64,000 nt of DNA from Rhina ancylostomus. Lineage: Eukaryota. The notes beneath the pieces were generated by a model. That model was given only the letters and a program-made list of their open reading frames with translations. It was not told where the DNA came from and searched no databases. Position numbers and translations under genes: made by a program. Of the stretch, positions 49,155 through 60,962 are shown one piece after another; position 1 is the stretch's first letter, and each line of letters starts with the position of its first letter. The stretch is from positions 17,533,306-17,597,305 of the forward strand of contig JARFYF010000061.1 of assembly GCA_030265395.1 (NCBI GenBank), written 5' to 3'.

Positions 49155-49445
49155 TCACAGATTGTTTACAGCACAGGAGACCATTTGGCTCTTCGAGTTG
49201 AGCTCCCAGTAGAACAATTCCTTCAGTCCCATTACTTTGCTTTTTCCTACTGCCCCTCAAAATGTTCTCTCTCAAGTCCTGATCCAATTTCCATTTAAAG
49301 GCAATGATTGATTCTGTTTCCATCATTGCTTCAGGCAATGAGTTCTAGATCACAATTATTCTCAGAATAAAAATTTCTTCTCACTTCTTTTCCTCAAAAT
49401 TTTAAATTGGTGTCTCTAGGTCCTTGAACCATGAGAACAGCTCAT
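49155..49445 (-). mobile_element. CR1 LINE 3' end
   Basis: ORF 49120-49338 reads PEAMMETESIIAFKWKLDQDLRENILRG (CR1 C-terminus); tail acagcacaggagaccatttggc. Confidence 0.7.
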
Positions 49446-49524
49446 GTAAATTGCTGATGTGACAGCTTGGCTTGATTTAACCTTATCTAAATCACTTTCT
49501 TGTGTACCCCTATCAAGTCTCAAA

Positions 49525-50192
49525 GATGAAGCCGCATTTGAAATATTGTGTTCCGTTTTGGTCATGCTGCTATAAGAAAGATGCCAGACTCCAGAGGAGA
49601 TTGATGAGAATGTTGCTGGGACTCAAGAGACTGATGAGAGGTCCAACAGGTTGGGACTTTTTTCATTGGAGTGTAGGAGAATGAGGGGTGATCTTATGGA
49701 GGTGTATAAAATCATGAGGGGCATCAATAGGGTGAATGTGCATGGTCCTTTTCCCAGGGTTAGGGAATCAAGAACCAGAGGGCATAGGTTTAAGGTGAGA
49801 GGGGAGAGATTTACTAGGAAACTGAAGGGCATCTTTNNNNNNNNNNNNNNNNNNNNNNNNNNNNNNNNNNNNNNNNNNNNNNNNNNNNNNNNNNNNNNNN
49901 NNNNNNNNNNNNNNNNNNCATGTTTAAGGTGAGTGGCAAAGAGGCAAGGACATCTGAGGGGCAAATTGTCTACACAGAGGGTGGTGAGTTTATGGAATAA
50001 GATGCCAGAGGAAGTATTAGAGATGGGTACAATCACAGCTTTTAAGTAGTATATGGACAGGTAAATGGATAGGAATGTTTTAGGGGGATATGGGCCAAAT
50101 GCCAGCAAATGGGACAAGCTCAGATGGGAATCTTGGTCAGAATGGACCAGTTGGGCCAAAGGGCCTGTTTCTATGCTGTATGACTCTATGAC
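49525..50192 (+). mobile_element. CR1 LINE 3' region (probably two copies joined across the gap)
   Basis: PHLKYCVPFWS and GLFSLECRRMRGDLMEVYKIMRGINRV...RTRGHRFKVRGERF; after the gap TQRVVSLWNKMPEEV and the tail tatgctgtatgactctatgac. Confidence 0.9.
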
Positions 50193-53100
50193 ACTAAGAA
50201 GAATAATCATGGCTATGTTAGGTCTGAAATCTCTCACCCCTAAAACTATCCGTGTGAATATTTTGCACACTCTCTCATTACAGCAAAGAATGTAAATGGG
50301 AGAAACATGAAGAGCACCAAAGTCGAATTATTTTAAGAATCCATTGATGTAAGGTATGTGCAATTATTATACAGATTCTATAGCATATAAATATCTCAGA
50401 AGTATTTTTGCTTTAGAAAATTTGGACTAACAATGTACACTTACATAAAATGTCAATTGTAGATCTGAGTTATAGAGTTGGATGTAACACTGATGTAACT
50501 GGAAAGCTGGCCAGTGACATATTTCTGCTGGTAATGTAAACTCAGTTCTTGTTAAACATATTGTTTTCCTATCTGACTATTGAAGCCATCTGCAAGCATA
50601 CTTTTTAAGTATTAGTGTGTTAGTTTTAGGACAGCATTGAAGAATTGAAAAATAAAACATAAATGTAATACCAACAAACCATTGACCTTCCTTTAACTTT
50701 TCTATCCAGGTTGGTAACCACATTCAAAGATGCAGTGTTACCTAGCTAAGGGCCACATGTGAAGCATACCTGGTCTTTCAGCTCAAGGTGACCTTGAACC
50801 ACTCCTGCATTAAGAGGTGAACCCAGGATAAGAGTGAAAGATTAAATGCTTTAATAAATGACTCTCAGCACTCTTCTGACCACCATGTTGCTATTCTGAC
50901 CTGCAATGCCCACTGATAGTCCTCCACAGAACCTCTGGCTAGGCATCAGCATGATCCTGTCCAATATCTGGTGCCACTTTTATACAGCCGGAGCTGTCCA
51001 TATTAAAGCTAATTGTTTTCTTGAAGAAACGAGAATAGAAAACTAATATTCCCAGAGCAGTCAGTCAGTTCTTTCCTCCACCACTTGGGTTTTATTTCAA
51101 GAGTCAAAGTCAAAATATTTGTTGTAATTGATGAAGACAAATGAGGGGTGAGGTTCACCAGTGTGCCTGGTTAAGGCTTAGAACCAAGTCACAAGACCTT
51201 GAAACTAGGCTGGGAAAATTGTATAATTCGATGTTAAACATACTTATGTAACTTAACTCAGTCATTAAACCGTTATGTTTCCATTGAAACAATGGAAACA
51301 ATAAGTTAATCTTTACACAGGTTAATATTAGGGCCAAAGATTAACATTGCATCTAATGCACGGTGGATTGATATGTCTGTAGATGATTATTTATTGTTCG
51401 TTTAAAATAACAGCCATGTGTTTGATTTAAGCTGGGCTTTCACTTAACCCAGAATTGATTAAAATTGCAGTTTAATTCAGAATTTATACTTAGAAATTCA
51501 ATAACCTATCACTGTTTATTTTACTGTTTTGTGATTGAAAATGGATTTCATTTCCTCAGTGAAATATGATCATGATGTGGGCTGTTTTGCATCGTTCAAA
51601 AATTCATCTGGTCACTTTCTGGTGAAGGGCACCTTGTACCCTCAACACGGGACCTGCAGGAAGAACAGGTGGGATGATAATAGTCTGTATGCAGAGCATT
51701 ACAGGGGGATTGTGGACCATGTTGCCCTGGGACACCTATTGTCTATCACTCCTCAGACAATGTGGTCTTCCCTGCTCAGCATCAGACTGAGATGTCTGTC
51801 AACCAAGTGAAGGAATCATTTTTATCTTTTTCAACCCCTGCTCGTTAACCCCGATCCCTCCAATCCCATGACCCACTAACCTCTCATCAACCATGCTATT
51901 TCTTGTAAACTTCAGCCTTGAAAATTCCAGTTCTTGATCTCACTTATAGAATGTTGGTCTCCTGATTTGCCCTCCACTCCCACTCCCTGCCCAGGTGGTC
52001 AACTGCCTGTCTTCCTTTTTCCCTCCTCCACTCCCACCTGTCCAGGACTTTGACTCATTTTTAGGTGAAGTCAGACCTAAAGGCATGAGAAATTGTGTAT
52101 ATTTGACAATTTGTACAGGACAGATACCGGCTAAATTTCTGCTAGATCTCCTAAACTGGAAAATATGTCAATTCAGCAACATTTGGATGCATTCCATTGA
52201 GAAGTATATATAAAAAAGAAAAACCAATGGAAATATTCCTTCTTAAAAGAAAACAACACATCAGACCAACTCAGAAATGGTTCACGAGGAGGCAAATCCA
52301 CCTCCTATTAGTATTGCAAAATCACCATTTACTAAGAGTCTATTACAGTTCATTGCTTAGCCCAAATGGAGAAATAGTTTCTTGCTGAATTACTATCTGG
52401 TGTAATGGATCATGATACTCAGTTTCATAATCACAAAACACTTCCTTTATTATTTGAGTCCACCGGTTAATTGAGTCGTTCACAATATAGCGTAACGCAA
52501 ATGCCAACAAGGTAACATCCTCAGACTAAAGTTAATCTGGACCTTTATAGAGGAGAATAGATAGGCAAGAAAGAGTGGCAATGAAATAGAAGACTAGCAG
52601 ATAGGTCAAGAGGAAGAGAACTCATGTGGGAAAATAAAATTGATTAAAACTAATGCAGGAGAAATGCACATATTAAGTAAGTAAGTGAACGGAGGAGAAA
52701 GAGAGCAGAATAGTCAAGGGAAACAACTGAAGTTCAGGGAGGTATATAAATTATTTGTGCTGTGGAAACACACAAAAAATATTCTACAGTATATGTCTAA
52801 GGAGATAACATCCACTTTATTTTAGAGAGGAATCTGTAAATACTTCATAATGTATCAGAGGTCATGCTGTTTCAGAGAGAGTTATGTCACGAGGCTATTG
52901 TAGTTCTATAAAAATCTCACTGAAAATAACGATTGTCTCAGGGGTTGAATTTAGAACAGAAGAATAACCTGACATTATTTTGGGATCTATAACTAGAGCA
53001 GTAATGTACTGTATCACCTTCATTTACTGTAAAATTCTGCAGTGTGATAGCATAGGTGACATTTATTTGGAGATGGTTAATCAAATTTTCTTCCCTGAAA

Positions 53101-53344
53101 TATATTGAGGAAGATATTGATTTCTACTAGTTTTTAGCCTGGCCTATTTCAAAGTCTAAAATAACTGCAGTTGTAACAACTGCAAGAAAGTGTTAACTAA
53201 ATCACACTATTTTAGAAATGGAAGGAATGAGAATAATCAATGTTAGAAGCATGAGATCACAGCAGTTTTAGAGCTCAATCATATCAAATAGGAATTCAGT
53301 CCTGGTCATTGTAACCGATAGCATCCATTTATTAATTCTTACAC

Positions 53345-53975
53345 TGTGGGCATGGGTGGTAAGAATGGATATATTAACAATTGCCATTTGCCCTGTGAAG
53401 TTGGCAAAGGCCAACCATTTTTCAAGTAATTCTATATCTGGAGATGGTTAGGTCACTTGAAGGGGAAGATACTCATCAACTGCACTGGAATTACATGCAG
53501 AACAGTGAGTTTGCTGCTCAACAAGACATAAGTGAATAAGTTATTTCTTCACTACAATCCCACACCTTCAAGGTCAAGCAACTTCATATTTCCAGATTGG
53601 TTAAGACAAGATAAGATATCTTTATTAGTCACATGTACATCAAAACACACAGTGAAATGCATCTTTTGCGTAGAATGTTCTGGGGCAGCCCGCAAGTGCC
53701 ACCATGCTCCATGTGCCAACATAGCAAGCCCACAGCTTCCTAACCCATATGTCTTTGGAATGTGGGAGGAAACCCACGCAGACATGGGGAGAACTCCTTA
53801 CAGAGAGTGGCAGGAATTGAACCCGTGTTGCTGGCACTGTAATAGTATTATGCTAACTGCTACACTACCATGCGCAATTCTTTTGTAACTGCAATTTTCT
53901 CAGAGACCTACAATGGGATTTGAACTCAGATTCTGTGAATTATTAGTTCAATGGCATGATCACAATACCACCAAA
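53345..53975 (-). mobile_element. tRNA-headed SINE split by a V-SINE
   Basis: Head reverse complement tggtggtattgtg...gagttcaaatcccatt (B box) at 53910-53975; body and tail at 53345-53604. Confidence 0.55.
53605..53873 (-). mobile_element. V-SINE variant with a non-CR1 3' tail
   Basis: Head reverse complement gcatggtagtgtagcagttagc...cgggttcaattcctg; V-domain tgcgtgggtttcctcccacattccaaagac; tail ...catgtgactaataaagatatcttatcttgtc. Confidence 0.85.
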
Positions 53976-54076
53976 CATATAAACTATGGAAAGAGAAACA
54001 TTACCCAAAAACTTTTCTGACTCACTTGTCTTGAGAATTCATAACGACTTAATGGGGTTACACTGGTCTAATTTAA

Positions 54077-54420
54077 GGCAGAACAGCGGCACAGTTAGTA
54101 GAGTTGCTGCCTCACAGCTCCAGAAACGTGAGTTCAATCCTGCTTTCCGGTGCTGTCTGTGTGGAGGTTGTCCATTCTCCATGTCACCATATGGGTTTCC
54201 ACTGGGTGCTTGGGTTTCAATCACATCCCAAAGATATGTGGGTTAATTGGTCACATAAATTGCTTGAAGTCTTTCGGTGAGTGGTAGAATCAGGTGGTAG
54301 TTGGGATGTAAGGAGAAAAGGTTACAGGAAATATTAATGGGAAAGGGATTGTTTGGTGAGCCAGTGTAGATTTGATGTGTCACAATGGCATCCTTCTATA
54401 TTGTAAAGAAACATGGAAAT
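54077..54420 (+). mobile_element. V-SINE (HE1-like), full length
   Basis: gctgcctcacagctccag...gagttcaatcctg...ggtgctgtctgtgtggag...gggtttcc...cacatcccaaaga...ggttaattgg, with a CR1-type tail. Confidence 0.85.
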
Positions 54421-54521
54421 AAAATAGCTACAATGTTCTGCAGAACTCTGCTACTACCTGTACAAGCAAAAAAAAGCCTTTATACGTGATGTTGAATTGA
54501 TTGGTACCTTTTCGAAGTAAA

Positions 54522-54965
54522 GATCACAAGATCACAAGACAAGGGAGCAGAAGTAGGCCATTCAGCCCATTGAGTCTACTCTGCCACTTCACCAGGAGCT
54601 AAACTATTCGCCCATCCAGCCCCAATTCCTGACCTTTTCCCCATATCCCTTGATACCCTGACTAATTAGATACCTATCAATCTCCTCCTTAAATGCCTCC
54701 AATGATTGGACCTCCCCAGCTGTATGTGGCAACAAATTCCATAAGTCCATGACCCTTTGGCTAAAGAAATTTCTCCTCATCTCTGTTCTAAATGGGTAAC
54801 CTCTAATTCTAAGACTGTGCCCTCTTGTCCTGGGCTCACCCACCAAGGGAAACAAGTTAGCCACATCTACTCTGTCCAGTCCTTTCAACATTCGAAATGT
54901 TTCTATGAGGTCCCCTCTTATTCTTCTGTATTCCAATGAATAAAGTCCAAGAGCCGACAAGTGCT
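54522..54965 (-). mobile_element. CR1 LINE 3' end, youngest-looking copy (frame still open)
   Basis: LGLYSLEYRRIRGDLIETFRMLKGLDRVDV...RTRGHSLRIRG...MRRNFFSQRVMDLWNLLP...GIKGYGEK with no stops; (cttgtgat)n tail. Confidence 0.92.
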
Positions 54966-55937
54966 CTTTTGTAAAAAGAGAAGCAAATCTCTGAAAAAAG
55001 AAAAGCAAATCAATAGTTAATACTTTGCTAACTCTGAAGGTGAAAAATAATGGTTCTAAATTTCCTTTGACGGGCCAATGAATGGCACCCACTGTTAAAC
55101 TTGCTTTTACCCATTTAATGCCAAAGATATTTNNNNNNNNNNNNNNNNNNNNNNNNNNNNNNNNNNNNNNNNNNNNNNNNNNNNNNNNNNNNNNNNNNNN
55201 NNNNNNNNNNNNNNNNNNNNNNNNNNNNNNNNNNNNNNNNNNNNNNNNNNNNNNNNNNNNNNNNNNNNNNNNNNNNNNNNNNNNNNNNNNNNNNNNNNNN
55301 NNNNNNNNNNNNNNNNNNNNNNNNNNAGGAAAAAGCAAAAGTAGCAAAATAGATAATTTTTGATGTGTTTAAATCCCCAGAAACAACTTAAAGCTGAAAG
55401 TAATGATACTGCACACAATTTTGCTAGTTTTATAGTTAATAATCAGTGCCTGAGAGCTTGACTGACAGTAATTAAAACTTATCATAATGTTAAAAGGTTA
55501 GTTACACTTGAAATGACTTAACAATACCTTCTACAGTGAGTTTATATCATGAATATGGAGGAATCTCACACTACTCAATACATTTAAATATTGAGCCATC
55601 AGTGGGACTCTCTTTTTATGAATTGAATGATGGATTGACATATCTCTGACAACAAATCTTGATATCTTTGATTGATTACCCTTCTGCTCTTACCTGAAGT
55701 TACACTGCATTTATGCAGGGATAACAATGAGTGCTATTAGCTTTGCCAATATTTTAACAGGAAATGTTGAGCTAATGTTTAAAAAATTGTCCTGTTTGGA
55801 GACATTTTAAAATTTACTTTTCACAGGCTGTAGAAAGATCAATCTTCCTGACACAAAGATTAAAGTATAACTGTGCCATTGATTATTTTAATTATGTCTG
55901 AGGCAGGTGATCATATTGTAATGGTTTCATCTTTCTA

Positions 55938-56268
55938 ACAGTGGAGGTGGAGGTCATTCATCCCATCAAGTCTATGCCAGCTCTCAAATCGATCCCATCA
56001 GTCCCATTCCCCCACTTATTTCCCTGTAGCCTATTCTCTCACACATGCCCATCAACTCCATTCTGATTCTCCCTTCACCCATCTACACTGTGGGCAATTT
56101 ACAGCATGTCATTGGGATGTGGAAAGAAGCTGGAGAAAACAAGGGAAGTCCATGCAGTAACAGGGAGAATGTGCAAACTCCTCATGGACAGCACCAGAGG
56201 TCAGGATCAAACCTAGCTCACTGGAGCTATGAAACAGCAGCACTAACTGCCACACCACTGTACTGCCC
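55938..56268 (-). mobile_element. V-SINE (HE1-like)
   Basis: Reverse complement gggcagtacagtgg...ctgacctctggtgctgtc...ggagtttgcacattctccctgt...taaattgccc, with a CR1-type tail. Confidence 0.85.
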
Positions 56269-56462
56269 AGTGATCACAATTTCAGGGATTTGTTTCTAAA
56301 ACAGAAAAACGTATTCTAGTCCTGCTGTTAGGCACTTCTGCATCTAAGGCAGAAAATCCAGTCCCAACAAATTCTCCACTTCCTTTTAGCTTGCTGAGAA
56401 ATACAGTGCGAGAAACATAGATTGGAGTGTGTTCTGACTGGGTGTAAGTTAGTATCCTCCTG

Positions 56463-56495
56463 AACACATTTGAATAGGCAACACATTTGAATAGG
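56463..56495. repeat. 17-bp tandem duplication
   Basis: aacacatttgaataggc followed by aacacatttgaatagg. Confidence 0.9.
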
Positions 56496-58189
56496 AGGAA
56501 AATAGAGCAGGTTCTACACAGCTGATTCTTTACAATCTGTCAGTGTAAAGGACAACCTCTGCTACACCCTGTATAAGTATGCTGGATTTGATCATACTCC
56601 CAACTCATCAGTAACAATAGATCTATGTTTTAAACACCTTGGGCTAGAAGTTCATCTGTGCAACGCCAAAAATTTTCTGTAACGTTGTAAGTTGCATTAA
56701 TGTGAAGTGGTGAAATTCAGTGCAAGTTTCTGCATGTCTTGGTGCCAGTTACTGACATCACATGTTAATTTTTGAGTGAGGTATTCTTGTTTGCTAATAC
56801 TGCTTTTTCAAGCTTCAAACTTGCCCATTTTCTCAGCACTGTTTGTAGAGATCTATTCCAGGGATTTGATTCCAATAACATAATTCTAATCATCACTGTG
56901 TAAAGTACAATAATATGTTAGTTTGCTGAACAGAAGATGAAGCACATATTCTAGTGGAATTCCCATTGGTGCTATTTGCTGTACTGATGATGAGCTTGTA
57001 ATACCAGTGTCGTCACATGCAATTATGACATGATCACATCTTTTCCAGGGTTTGCATGGTATCAGAGGGAAGACCTAGATAAAAGACATAAAATATATAG
57101 TCTGCTTGGTGCAACTTAGCACATTTGCTTTATATTATAAATAGATTTAATATATCATCCAGTGAACTGCTGCCTGATCATTACTTACTCTAAAACTAAT
57201 CCCTCCCTAACCAAGTCCTAGCCTCTAAGAGCATTTTTATGGATGATCATGCCTGTCTTTTATTGCTTTTTGAATGAAAACATTTCATTATCCCCAGAAG
57301 GCAAAACAGTTGTTATTTTGCACACTGTTTCAAAACTACTATCTCACAACTGAAATGACCACTTAGGTTTTTGGACATTCCTCTTATCTAAACTTCCAGG
57401 GAGGAAAACCTGACAAGAATTCTATTAAAATGTGAGGACATTTTTTCTCTGAATCTGTCACCTCATTCTTCATCATTTTAATCAGATCTTTATCCATCCC
57501 AGTTACATGCCTACTCAATAATGGCTTAGCGTGCCCAGATTAGGAAAAAAATACTAACTTTTTTATTGAACCCTGCCATGATGAAGGTAGATCAACTTTA
57601 TCCTTTCAATATACCTTTGCCATTTTTAACAACAATAGCCCTTGTGTTCAACCGAATGAAATCATGATATTAAATGTGTTGACTGTAAGTAACATTTTGA
57701 TTACAAAGCCTTAGACTGTTGGTGAAATAACTTGTATTACACACCACTTTAAATCTTTAGAGTCTTCTTAGCATTGGTTAATAATATTTTATATTACTGA
57801 TCTTCACTCAAAGTGAAAAGGTTAAGATTTTATTTATTTTCATTCATATATATGTGAAACATTAATTATTAATTTTACTTGGTATTATAATATGTTGTCC
57901 ATCATTTACATCTGCTCTTATTTCCTAACTTTAGGAATGAAAGCAATGTACCTTTAATTAGCAGCCATTTGGTTTATTTCCAAATAGTGAGATGAAATTT
58001 GTCACTATTAATACATCTTTCAATTCTTCAAAAGAAATATCTTTCTTCAGTTTACCCAGGAAATGGATATCTTGAAGGAATAACCATTATGACTTTTAAT
58101 ATGTCTATGTTTAAGTAAAAACACATCTAACTAATTTAGCAGATTGACAAATGTAAAAGTATATTGCACAACTAAGAGTAACCATCTGC

Positions 58190-58620
58190 CAACGCAATAG
58201 ATTTGAAGACTCTTAGAATCAATTCAAATTGGCATTTTATCGTTGTTCTGCAAACTGATTTTTGTCCGTTACCATCTACTGTACTGAAACATCAAGTTCT
58301 CTGGTGTTATAAATGGCACTCTGCCAATGCTCTGTGTAAAAGAGGCCGCAGAGAGTGTCATTAATAATGTAGAGTATGCCAGGTAGTCTTTTGAACGGCG
58401 AAGTGCTGAAGGAACAATTGAACCCAAGGACGCACTGACTTTTTGCCTACGCATCACAAGGACACTATTTGACAGTGCAATGATTTAACTATTGCAGGTC
58501 CATAATTTTTAGGCTCGGCTTGGATCGGCAAAAGGTGTCCATCAATTTGCTAGGAAGATCATTTAGCTGAGTAAAAAAGGAACTTAAAAACATAAAATTG
58601 CATCGGTGACATATTCTGCA
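58190..58620. promoter_or_regulatory. CpG-retaining unique block, candidate conserved non-coding element
   Basis: Eleven CpGs in about 415 bp against a CpG-poor background; no repeat family recognised; no clean coding exon. Confidence 0.4.
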
Positions 58621-58867
58621 TTAGATTATTGCAGGAAAGGGTTGCTTATTCCTCTCTGTGTGATCAAAGAATAGTAAAGTTGAAATACAGATAAAATCAG
58701 ATGATGATAACAATAAGTCTGCAACACAGTTCGTGTATCAGTGTCAGTACTCTTGCTGTGGAAATCGGAAGGCTGTGGGTTCAAGTTGCGTTTCGTGCAC
58801 TGGAACATATAATCTAGGCTGATACTCCAGTGCAGCAACAAGGCTCACTTTTCCATTTGAAGTTCAT

Positions 58868-59155
58868 GGCACAGTAGCACAGCTGATAGAGCTGTTGTCT
58901 CACCACCGTTCTAGCCACCCAGGTTCAATTCTGACCTCTGGTGCTGACTGTGTGGAGTTTGCACATTCTTCCTGTGACTGTGGGTTTCCCTGATGTTCTG
59001 ATTTCCTTCCAAATCCAAAAGGCATGCAGGTCTGTGTAAATTATTCTAAGTGTATTAGTGAGGAGTAGAACAGGGGAGGGAATAAAATGGGATTAATATA
59101 GGATTAGGGTAAATGGCTGCTTGATTGCCAGTGAAGATTCAATGTTCTATGTCTC
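58868..59155 (+). mobile_element. V-SINE (HE1-like)
   Basis: tggcacagtagcacagctg...cccaggttcaattctgacctctggtgctg...ggagtttgcacattcttcctgtgactgtgggtttcc. Confidence 0.8.
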
Positions 59156-59307
59156 TAAAAAATCTGATGGCTACGATTTATTGAAAAGCAGGGGGAGTTC
59201 TTCCAAATGCTATCTCCCAACAATCATTACTAAAACAAATTAATTGGCCATTATTCCTGTGATATTTGCAGGTACACACATTGGCTAATGCTTCAATTTG
59301 AAATGAT

Positions 59308-59370
59308 AAGTCTGTTTCTTTTTCCACAGATGCTGCCTGATCTATTGAGTATTTCCAACATTCTCTTGTT
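59308..59370 (+). mobile_element. Penelope-type terminal repeat fragment
   Basis: tctgtttctttttccacagatgctgcctgatctattgagtatttccaacatt. Confidence 0.65.
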
Positions 59371-59899
59371 TGCCTTGTGCCAGCAATAGAATATCCTTCA
59401 AATGTCCTCCAATTTCTAAAATGTTAGGGATGACCTGCAGATACAAAATGTGGCATATGACCTTTTTTATTTATGTTAACTCATTCAAAATGTTCAATAA
59501 TATGTAGATTTTTTTCTTGTCTAAGTTTTAGTTTATTCACCCTTTCTTTTTCTCTCTGCGGCCCAGTATCAAACTGCTGTGAGATAACACTTATATGTGG
59601 CACCTAAGGATGTTTTGCTCCATTAAAGGTGCAATATATATACAAATTGTTGTTGTTTGACCAAAAGATCTCTTTAATTTTAAGTTATAAGACCATTTAG
59701 TTATTTTTAACAAAGTTATTTACTTTTGTTGCATAAATCATGTAGAATATTGAAGACATGGGGATTATCTTCCCCATAACTAATCTGTGAAGATTCCAAG
59801 TTATGGTACTGGATGTAATTTGCTGAAATACTTCATTTTGCATTTGTTGGCAGAAGTTCTGGTTAGCTGCAGTCTGGATAATGTAATCCATACTTGGGG

Positions 59900-60305
59900 T
59901 GTAGTACCATGGTGGTTAATTTACTGGACTGGTATTCAAAGACCTGGTACACTGATCCATAGCGATGTGTTTGAAACCCACCCTGGCAGCTGGGGGACTT
60001 AAATTCAAGTTATTAAAATAAAAAAAATCTGGAACTAATTAATAAAAGGTATCAGAAATGATGACCGTGAATTACTGGATTGTTGTAAAAAAACACACAC
60101 ATGGTTCATTAATGTCCTTTGGGGAAGGAAATCCTCTGTCCTTACCTGGCCTGGCTAAAATATGACTCCAGACCCACCATTGGTGTTAACTCCTGAATCC
60201 CTTGTGAAGAGAGCTAACAAGCTACTCAGCCCAGGGGTAATGAGGGAAGGACAATAAACACCAGCCTTTCTAATAATGTCTGGAGGCCAAGAACACATCA
60301 AAAAT
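59900..60305 (+). mobile_element. tRNA-headed SINE, near full length (shares head and tail with the Zenon-like LINE)
   Basis: ggtggttaatttactggact...gtttgaaacccacc (B box-like)...ggttcattaatgtcctttggggaaggaaatc...tgactccagaccca...ggacaataaa. Confidence 0.75.
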
Positions 60306-60360
60306 AATTTTTCAGCACAATAAAGGATTATATGTTCTCTTTTAATTTTTGTTTCTTCTG

Positions 60361-60560
60361 CCAGATGAAGTGGTTGAGGCAGGTATATTAACAACATTTA
60401 AAAGGTACTTGGACAGGTACTTGGATAGGAAAGTTTTAGAGGGATATGGGCCAAACACAGGCAAATGAGATGAGCTTAGATGAGAATCTTGGTTGGCATG
60501 GGCCAGTTGGGCTGAATGGCCTGTTTCTGTGCTGTATAACTCTTATGATTCTCTGACTCT
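60361..60560 (+). mobile_element. CR1 LINE 3' end
   Basis: gtggttgaggcagg...gagggatatgggccaaac...gttgggctgaatggcctgtttctgtgctgta. Confidence 0.85.
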
Positions 60561-60817
60561 GGTCTAGTGCCTTTTAGTGCATAATTGGCTGCTGTGGTCT
60601 CCTGCACTGTCGCAGCAACTGACTTCATAAATGGTTACCGTGAGCTTTAAAAGAAATGGCATCGGTTGATGTTCCACTTTCCTTTAACTGGTGATGATGT
60701 GTTCAGGTTTTCTCACTATTGGGATACCCTGTCTTCAAGACTATCATTTCCAAACTTTATGCCACCACAAGAGAGCCCATCATCCCTTTCTCAACAGTAG
60801 CTGAAAAGAGTGAGCTC

Positions 60818-60962
60818 ATTAGATTTTTTGGATATGCGAGGGATCAAGGGGTATGGAATTGGTGTAGGAAAATGGCACTGAGGTCAAAGATCAGTCACGA
60901 TCTCATTGAATGGAAGTGTAGGGCTGAGGGCTGAATGGCTTCCTTATTATATCCTTATGTTG
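60818..60962 (+). mobile_element. CR1 LINE 3' tip
   Basis: gggatcaaggggtatgg...tgaggtcaaagatcagtcacgatctcattgaatgg...gagggctgaatggc. Confidence 0.75.

Larger units (their letters stand above)
58740..59460 (+). mobile_element. Deu-domain SINE split by a V-SINE and a Penelope fragment
   Basis: Head gtgggttcaag...taatctaggctgatactccagtgcag at 58740-58860; resumes at 59160 with gcagggggagttc...ctaaaacaaattaattggccattat. Confidence 0.6.

Noticed and set aside
50710-50787. Plus-strand exon-like unit (tttctatccag acceptor, AAG|gtgacc donor)
   Set aside because: All three frames contain stops and the donor is mediocre.
54604-55347. 247-aa minus-strand ORF as a gene
   Set aside because: The C-terminal part is a CR1 ORF2 remnant; the rest is flanking DNA plus a gap.
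54077-56268. Inverted V-SINE pair as another homogenised pair
   Set aside because: No shared private changes are evident by eye, so the effect seen at other pairs is not universal.
15476-56995. Scattered CTGATGA words (e.g. near 16420, 25558, 32905, 34417, 48248) as free-standing hammerheads or C/D boxes
   Set aside because: None has stem II followed by GAAA, or a flanking terminal stem; they are expected by chance.
58269-58457. 62-aa minus-strand ORF as a coding exon
   Set aside because: No in-frame acceptor and no recognisable protein similarity.
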